DNA of 62,369 bases from Bacteroidia bacterium (lineage in GTDB: Bacteria > Bacteroidota > Bacteroidia > NS11-12g > UBA9320). Position 1 is the first letter of the stretch. Each line of letters starts with the position of its first letter. Where the stretch lies: contig JBIIVF010000002.1 in the NCBI GenBank assembly GCA_044339595.1, positions 1 through 62,369 on the forward strand, given 5' to 3'. Of this stretch, positions 57,237 through 62,369 are shown piece by piece. The position numbers were made by a program, and so were the translations under genes. A model generated the notes under the pieces. The model was not told where the DNA came from and did not search any database. It saw only the letters and a list, made by a program, of their open reading frames with translations.

Positions 57237-58547
57237 TTAATAACGGTAAGCTTCAGATTTATACGGTCCTTCTACCGGCACTCCGATATACTTGGCTTGA
57301 TCAGTAGAAAGGGTTTCCAATTCTACTCCGATTTTAGCAAGGTGAAGACTGGCTACCATTTCATCTAAATACTTCGGTAAGGTATAAACCTCATGGTTAT
57401 ACTTGAAATGGTTGTTCCATAATTCCATTTGAGCCAAGGTTTGATTGGTAAATGAGGTGCTCATTACAAAACTTGGGTGACCGGTGGCACATCCCAAATT
57501 TACCAAACGACCTTCTGCTAAAAGGATAATTTCTTTACCATTTACATTATAAACATCCACCTGTGGTTTAACTTCATAGTGATTTTCTCCGTAATTGGCT
57601 TTTAACCAGGCTACGTCAATTTCATTGTCAAAGTGGCCAATGTTACAAACGATGGTTTTATCTTTCATCAATTTGAAATGCTCAGCAGTAATGATATCTC
57701 TGTTTCCGGTTGCGGTGATTACGATATCACTCATTGGAATGGCATTGGCCATGGTGCGCACCTCAAATCCATCCATAGCAGCTTGTAATGCGCAAATTGG
57801 ATCGATTTCGGTAACGATTACACGTGCACCTGCACCGCGCAATGATTGGGCAGTTCCTTTACCAACATCTCCGTATCCGGCAACAACGGCCACTTTACCT
57901 GCCATCATAATATCGGTGGCACGTCTGATCGCATCAACTGCACTTTCACGACAGCCATATTTGTTGTCAAATTTTGATTTGGTTACGGAGTCATTTACGT
58001 TAATGGCCGGCATTGGCAGGGTTCCTGCTTTTTGACGATCATACAAACGCAATACACCGGTAGTGGTTTCTTCAGAAATTCCGCGAATACCTGCCGCCAA
58101 CTCAGGGTGTTTGTCGAGTACCACGTTGGTTAAATCTCCACCATCATCCAAAATCATATTCAATGGTTGACCATCACTGAAGGCATACAATGTTTGCTCA
58201 ATGCACCATTCGTATTCTTCTTCGGTCATGCCTTTCCAGGCATAAACAGGGGTTCCAACGGCAGCAATAGCTGCAGCTGCTTGATCCTGCGTTGAAAAAA
58301 TGTTACATGAAGACCAGGATACTTCTGCACCCAAGGCCTGCAATGTTTCAATCAATACGGCTGTTTGGATGGTCATATGTAGGCATCCGGCTACACGCGC
58401 ACCGGCAAGTGGTTTGCTTGCGCCATACTGCTCGCGCAGTGCCATTAGACCCGGCATTTCTGCTTCTGCCAATTTGATTTCTTTTCTTCCCCAGTCAGCT
58501 AGGGAAATGTCTTTTACTTGATAAGAGAGTTGTGTTTGCACAGACAT
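57237..58547 (-). CDS. ahcY: Adenosylhomocysteinase
   Basis: [19 protein letters not shown] fold [10 protein letters not shown], and GHFDNEID. 436 aa. Confidence 0.97.
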   Translation of the reverse strand: MSVQTQLSYQVKDISLADWGRKEIKLAEAEMPGLMALREQYGASKPLAGARVAGCLHMTIQTAVLIETLQALGAEVSWSSCNIFSTQDQAAAAIAAVGTPVYAWKGMTEEEYEWCIEQTLYAFSDGQPLNMILDDGGDLTNVVLDKHPELAAGIRGISEETTTGVLRLYDRQKAGTLPMPAINVNDSVTKSKFDNKYGCRESAVDAIRRATDIMMAGKVAVVAGYGDVGKGTAQSLRGAGARVIVTEIDPICALQAAMDGFEVRTMANAIPMSDIVITATGNRDIITAEHFKLMKDKTIVCNIGHFDNEIDVAWLKANYGENHYEVKPQVDVYNVNGKEIILLAEGRLVNLGCATGHPSFVMSTSFTNQTLAQMELWNNHFKYNHEVYTLPKYLDEMVASLHLAKIGVELETLSTDQAKYIGVPVEGPYKSEAYRY

Positions 58548-58641
58548 AAGTTTAAATTAATTTTTTTCAAAGGTAATATATTTCACGATCACATTAAGAA
58601 CAGTTCTGTCGTATAATTGTTATATCAGAAAGTAAATATTT

Positions 58642-58649
58642 TATCTTTG
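58642..58649 (+). promoter_or_regulatory. Candidate -7 box (TATCTTTG) for the bacilliredoxin-like gene
   Basis: TAnnTTTG match, 21 nt upstream of ATG 58670. Confidence 0.4.
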
Positions 58650-58669
58650 ACACGAAATAAATAGAAAGC

Positions 58670-59086
58670 ATGCCCTATCCAGAAATGTTAGTAGCTCCTA
58701 TGAGAGCCGAATTAAGCCAAAATGGCTTTAAAGAATTGAAAGACGCAGAAAGCGTAACCACTGTCCTCGATAAAGGGGAAGGAACGCAATTGCTCGTAGT
58801 AAACTCTGTTTGCGGCTGCGCTGCCGGAAGTGCAAGACCAGGGGTGCTAAAATCGCTCGATGGAAATAAGAAGCCAGCAGAATTACTGACCGTTTTTGCG
58901 GGTCAGGATGCGGAGGCTACTGCCATGGCAAGAGAATTCTTATTGCCTTATCCGCCATCTTCGCCGTCTATTGCTCTATTTAAAAATGGAGAATTGGTCC
59001 ATTTCATTGAGCGCCATCATATTGAAGGTCGTTCTGCAGATATGATTGCTGCCAGCTTGAAGGCGGCGTATGAAGAATATTGCTAA
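58670..59086 (+). CDS. BrxA/BrxB-family (YphP/YqiW, DUF1094) bacilliredoxin-like thiol-disulfide oxidoreductase
   Basis: 138 aa. MPYPEMLVAPMRAEL... and redox motif NSVCGCAAG. Confidence 0.8.
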   Translation: MPYPEMLVAPMRAELSQNGFKELKDAESVTTVLDKGEGTQLLVVNSVCGCAAGSARPGVLKSLDGNKKPAELLTVFAGQDAEATAMAREFLLPYPPSSPSIALFKNGELVHFIERHHIEGRSADMIAASLKAAYEEYC

Positions 59087-59111
59087 AAGAACCTAATTAC
59101 TACTCATATTC

Positions 59112-59149
59112 AAAACGGGTTTCCTGATAAAAGGTGACCCGTTTTTTTT
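59112..59149 (+). terminator. Rho-independent terminator after the bacilliredoxin-like gene
   Basis: AAAACGGGT-N16-ACCCGTTTT followed by a T-run (8 Ts in total). Lies 26 nt after the stop. Confidence 0.6.
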
Positions 59150-59368
59150 GGATAGGCTGCACTTCTCTGAGGTAATGCCATTCTCTCATCGCTAAACTAT
59201 AAGTTTATTTTAAGTCGCATATCAAGCAGATTGTCTGATGGTTATTTGTGCTAAATCCTATTGACCCTCATCATAAGTTCTGCCTTGAGCCATCATTCAA
59301 GAATATTTATCGTTGATAGAGTGTCCAATGCCTCATTTGGGTTAAATCCTGTCTCGAAAAATATGATC

Positions 59369-59401
59369 AAAAAAAAAGCCCCGGATTCCCGAGGCTTTTT
59401 T
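59369..59401 (-). terminator. Bidirectional hairpin terminator downstream of gldJ
   Basis: A9-GCCCCGG-ATTC-CCGAGGC-T6 with one C.A mismatch. Lies 20 nt after the gldJ stop. Confidence 0.55.
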
Positions 59402-59420
59402 AAAATGCGCAAAGTGCAAA

Positions 59421-60866
59421 TTATTTCTTTCTCTTTTTGTCGTTGGGTGCGCCCACTCTGTGCATGGCACATCTGAATCCAATGGTAGAAGTGCTTTGTT
59501 CTTGATCTAAGAATCTTCTGGTTCCGGGTGAAAGCCAGTAAGCACGGTCATTCCAAGATCCGCCTTTATAAACTCGGGCCTGATTGTTCACCAGAGAAGT
59601 AACACCATATTCATACTGTTGGTCACCTTCATTGTAGAATTCTTCATCGATGAATCCCTTATTGTCAGATTTTTTGTAGTTTCTTCTGGCAGCATTTTCC
59701 TCTTCAGTTACCGGAATGTATTGAAGACGTCCCAAAGAATCCTTCACATCTACCACTCCATCGATATCAAGTTTCTTTTTGGTAAAAACGTTTCCTCTAA
59801 ATGAGTTGAAATCAGTCATGTCTTCATAGGAAAGCGGACGATAAACATCCATCACCCATTCACTCACATTTCCACTCATGTTATAAAGACCATGATCATT
59901 CGGCCAGTAAGCATAAACTTCACGAGTTATGAAGGCGGCATCATTCAGTTTACCTGAAATACCACCCTGATCACCTTTACCGCGCTTAAAGTTGGCCGTA
60001 ATCAATCCTCTGTCTTTTTCTTTACCATGGTTACGAACGGTTAAGCCACCCCAAGAGTAAATTTTCTTTTCATTGATGTTTTCGTAGGTAGATGACCCAA
60101 TGTTTGCTATGGCTGCAAATTCCCATTCTGCTTCAGTTGGAAGTCTGTAATCAGGCAAGAAGATACCATCTTCCATGCGAACATTTCTAGTGGCACCTTT
60201 GGTATTGATGTCTTTAATCAAGTGTTTGCCTGGATTTGAACTTTGATATTGACCATTCAAATAAGCACCGGTGTTGAAGTTCTCTTCATTCATCTGTGCA
60301 ATATCCGGCTTCAAAATTCCTTCGCGAATCAATATCATTTCATTCACACGGTCTGTTCTCCATGCGGCATAGGCCGTGGCTTGTAACCAATTAACACCCA
60401 CTACAGGATAATCTTTGTAGGCAGGGTGACGCAAATAATAGTCTACATAAGGTTCGTTGTAGGCAAGTTTATCTCTCCAGCACAATGTGTCAGGAAGGGC
60501 TTCTATATAAACTTCCGGAAAATCAACAAACACACGACCCAACCAATGCAAGTACTCCAAATAATGAAGGTTGCTGATTTCGGTGGCATCCATATAAAAA
60601 GAAGGAACGGTAACTCTTCTTTCAATGTTGTTGTGATCATATAAAACGTCTTGTTCAGAAGATCCCATGGTGAACGTTCCACCTTCTACCAGCACCAATC
60701 CGGGTCCGGTTTCTTGTCCGGCATAATCATAAGTCTCAAATCCACCCCATTTGGCGTCATTGTAATTCCAACCGGTTACGGCAGATTTTTCTTTCTTACA
60801 TCCTGTAGGCAGCAAGAAAGCGCCCATTAGTGCAAATACGGCTATAATCCTTTTCTTCATATTCAA
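59421..60866 (-). CDS. gldJ: Gliding motility lipoprotein GldJ (SUMF1/FGE-like fold)
   Basis: Lipobox LLPTGCKK. FGE-sulfatase-like motifs (GGTFTMG, VVGVNW, PTEAEWEFAA, NVSEWV, RVYKGGSW, IGFRC). Adjacent to porP/sprF. Confidence 0.8.
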   Translation of the reverse strand: MNMKKRIIAVFALMGAFLLPTGCKKEKSAVTGWNYNDAKWGGFETYDYAGQETGPGLVLVEGGTFTMGSSEQDVLYDHNNIERRVTVPSFYMDATEISNLHYLEYLHWLGRVFVDFPEVYIEALPDTLCWRDKLAYNEPYVDYYLRHPAYKDYPVVGVNWLQATAYAAWRTDRVNEMILIREGILKPDIAQMNEENFNTGAYLNGQYQSSNPGKHLIKDINTKGATRNVRMEDGIFLPDYRLPTEAEWEFAAIANIGSSTYENINEKKIYSWGGLTVRNHGKEKDRGLITANFKRGKGDQGGISGKLNDAAFITREVYAYWPNDHGLYNMSGNVSEWVMDVYRPLSYEDMTDFNSFRGNVFTKKKLDIDGVVDVKDSLGRLQYIPVTEEENAARRNYKKSDNKGFIDEEFYNEGDQQYEYGVTSLVNNQARVYKGGSWNDRAYWLSPGTRRFLDQEQSTSTIGFRCAMHRVGAPNDKKRKK

Positions 60867-60947
60867 ATGTTGTTAATGGTATCGTGCATTTTTAAAAACG
60901 CATGCTACAACTTTTTATTTTGCAATTATAATGAAATAACAATGATA

Positions 60948-61946
60948 TTAAAAATCAGGACAGGTCAATGGCTTAAACCTCATTGGTCTCTGACGAGCAC
61001 ACCATTCAATGGCAGCACTCACTTCATGGGATCCCCTTGCTGCTGCACGGGCATCTGACACGGTTAAGTCGTAACTATATCCAAACTTAAATTTGTCTTT
61101 TCTAAATCCTATCAAAACCATCAAGGCATCACTGTTTTTGAATTCGCCCAAGGTCTGTCTGTACCATAAACCGGTTACCAGTGGACCACGATTCACGTAA
61201 AATCCACCATTAATCTGGGTGAATTTATTTTGCATCATAAACACCACGTTTGGAGAGATGGTAGCTTTAGGTTGTTTTCTTTTATCCAATGGAATAACCA
61301 CACCTGAGTGAACCGTATATCTTCTCGGAACAATCGCTTTTGGGTCACCATAAAAAGATTGATTGGGTTCAATTAAATTGTGAATGGCCACACCACCGTA
61401 GAACCTTTCAGTATAAGCAAGCAATCCCGTTCCAAAGTTGGCATAAGAAACCGTTTGTCCGACGTAAGGCTCACTCGTTGGATTCACAAAGCCTTTAGAA
61501 GGATCAATCTGATCTTCGAAGCGCAGTCTTTGCCAATCGATGCTTCTTTGTCCGAATTGAGCTTCCAATCCAAAACGCATGGTAAACTTACGTGTCACGC
61601 GCAATTGATATGAATATAAACCACTCAATGACGTAGAAGTAAGCAAACCTTCACCGGCAACATCACGCACGGCCAATAATCCGATGCCACCTCCGATTTT
61701 ATCGAAATGTTGATCGTATGAAAAGGCGGTTGTCACAAATGTCCCGGGTAAACTTGGCCATTGGTTCCTGTAATTGATCACCGCACGTCCACCTCCATCG
61801 CATTGACCTGTGCCCGCCATGGCCGGATTGGTATAAACCGGTGTGGCATAAAATTGGGTAAATTCAGGGTCTTGTGCGGTTGCATCTAACGTCAATAGCG
61901 ACAAGCCTAATCCCCAGTAAAAAAGTAATCCTCTCTTCATAATCAA
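60948..61946 (-). CDS. PorP/SprF-family T9SS outer-membrane protein
   Basis: Signal peptide, then QDPEFTQFYATPVYTNPAMAG, the family-defining N-terminal motif. Beta-barrel-like remainder. Confidence 0.85.
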   Translation of the reverse strand: MIMKRGLLFYWGLGLSLLTLDATAQDPEFTQFYATPVYTNPAMAGTGQCDGGGRAVINYRNQWPSLPGTFVTTAFSYDQHFDKIGGGIGLLAVRDVAGEGLLTSTSLSGLYSYQLRVTRKFTMRFGLEAQFGQRSIDWQRLRFEDQIDPSKGFVNPTSEPYVGQTVSYANFGTGLLAYTERFYGGVAIHNLIEPNQSFYGDPKAIVPRRYTVHSGVVIPLDKRKQPKATISPNVVFMMQNKFTQINGGFYVNRGPLVTGLWYRQTLGEFKNSDALMVLIGFRKDKFKFGYSYDLTVSDARAAARGSHEVSAAIEWCARQRPMRFKPLTCPDF

Positions 61947-62103
61947 GTTCAGTTGATCTTAATAGTTTAGTCCTAAAGAATTTTCAAATATAATGATTAG
62001 GTAAAATTACGCCAAAAAATCATTTTTCACGCAATAAACTCTGCTATTAACAATAAATTTGACTCAAATATTGTTTAAGGACAGAATTCTCTCATCAAAA
62101 TAA

Positions 62104-62369
62104 ATGAAAAATTTCGGATTAAGTGCGCTTCTATTCTTTTTGCCTGTATTTATTTGTCTCCAAACGGTATCGGCGGCTTCTGAGCGAATAAGCGTTGAGT
62201 TGAATTGGCATCAGATCAATGCGCTCGCCTCGCTCCAAGCTGGTTTTGATGGTGAAGTGAGAGAATGGAGAGATTCTTTTTCAGTGCCCACATATCAGCA
62301 TAAATTGAGGGGATATTTTAACATTGAATCGCTTACCGTAGTGTCTGATACCATTTTCTCTGGAATAGG
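62104..62369 (+). CDS. Secreted protein, 3' end cut by window edge; possibly PorU (T9SS C-terminal signal peptidase)
   Basis: ATG 62104 is open to the end of the window (88 codons). Signal peptide MKNFGLSALLFFLPVFICLQTVSAA. The PorU idea rests only on gldJ/porU synteny known from Flavobacterium and a vaguely similar N-terminal pattern. Confidence 0.45.
   Translation, partial: MKNFGLSALLFFLPVFICLQTVSAASERISVELNWHQINALASLQAGFDGEVREWRDSFSVPTYQHKLRGYFNIESLTVVSDTIFSGI

Noticed and set aside
58548-58669. Possible SAH riboswitch upstream of ahcY.
   Set aside because: The 122-bp divergent spacer is very AT-rich with no GC-rich pseudoknot-forming segments. It looks like two back-to-back promoters.
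1-62369. A search by eye for CRISPR arrays, rRNA/tRNA/tmRNA/RNase P signatures, integrases, transposases and IS inverted repeats.
   Set aside because: None found. There are no regularly spaced 25-40-nt direct repeats, no GGTTCGAATCC-type T-loops in intergenic DNA, and no DDE or tyrosine-recombinase-like ORFs in the track.

Overview
This 62.4-kb chromosomal segment reads as a gliding, T9SS-bearing member of the Bacteroidota. Supporting evidence: a SprE/PorW-like TPR protein, GldJ, PorP/SprF, type A and type B T9SS C-terminal sorting domains, b558-type SdhCAB, TAnnTTTG -7 boxes, and many 1-4 nt start/stop overlaps. It holds roughly 55 protein-coding genes, overwhelmingly housekeeping. These cover the cell envelope (PBP1A, LptD-like, amidase, MlaD, Lgt), pyrimidine/riboflavin/CoA/folate metabolism (pyrD, a pyrC-like gene, pyrE, ribE, coaD, pabB-like), SdhCAB, uvrC, ahcY, mtaB, rsmD, peroxiredoxin and hutI. 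I see no rRNA, tRNA, CRISPR array, integrase or transposase. Accessory content is limited to two small toxin-antitoxin islets. The first (9.3-10.6 kb) holds YefM-YoeB plus an intact DUF6364-type antitoxin next to a decayed PIN/VapC gene. The second (34.8-35.8 kb) is an Xre-RES pair directly downstream of a sirtuin. I could not identify a convincing novel multi-gene protein system. The signals that standard feature classes do not explain are non-coding. (i) A 154-nt GC-rich element is present twice in the same orientation (19320-19473 and 45886-46039), conserved at nucleotide but not protein level, with pairable termini. (ii) Heptad-periodic (T/G)AG-N4 arrays lie immediately after stop codons in convergent intergenic regions (56921-56987, 17484-17525). 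(iii) A triple 15-mer palindrome module sits at 45820-45874. (iv) An unusually long 572-bp non-coding gap spans 43263-43833. All product calls come from motif recognition by eye on the supplied translations. No database search, folding or statistics were run.
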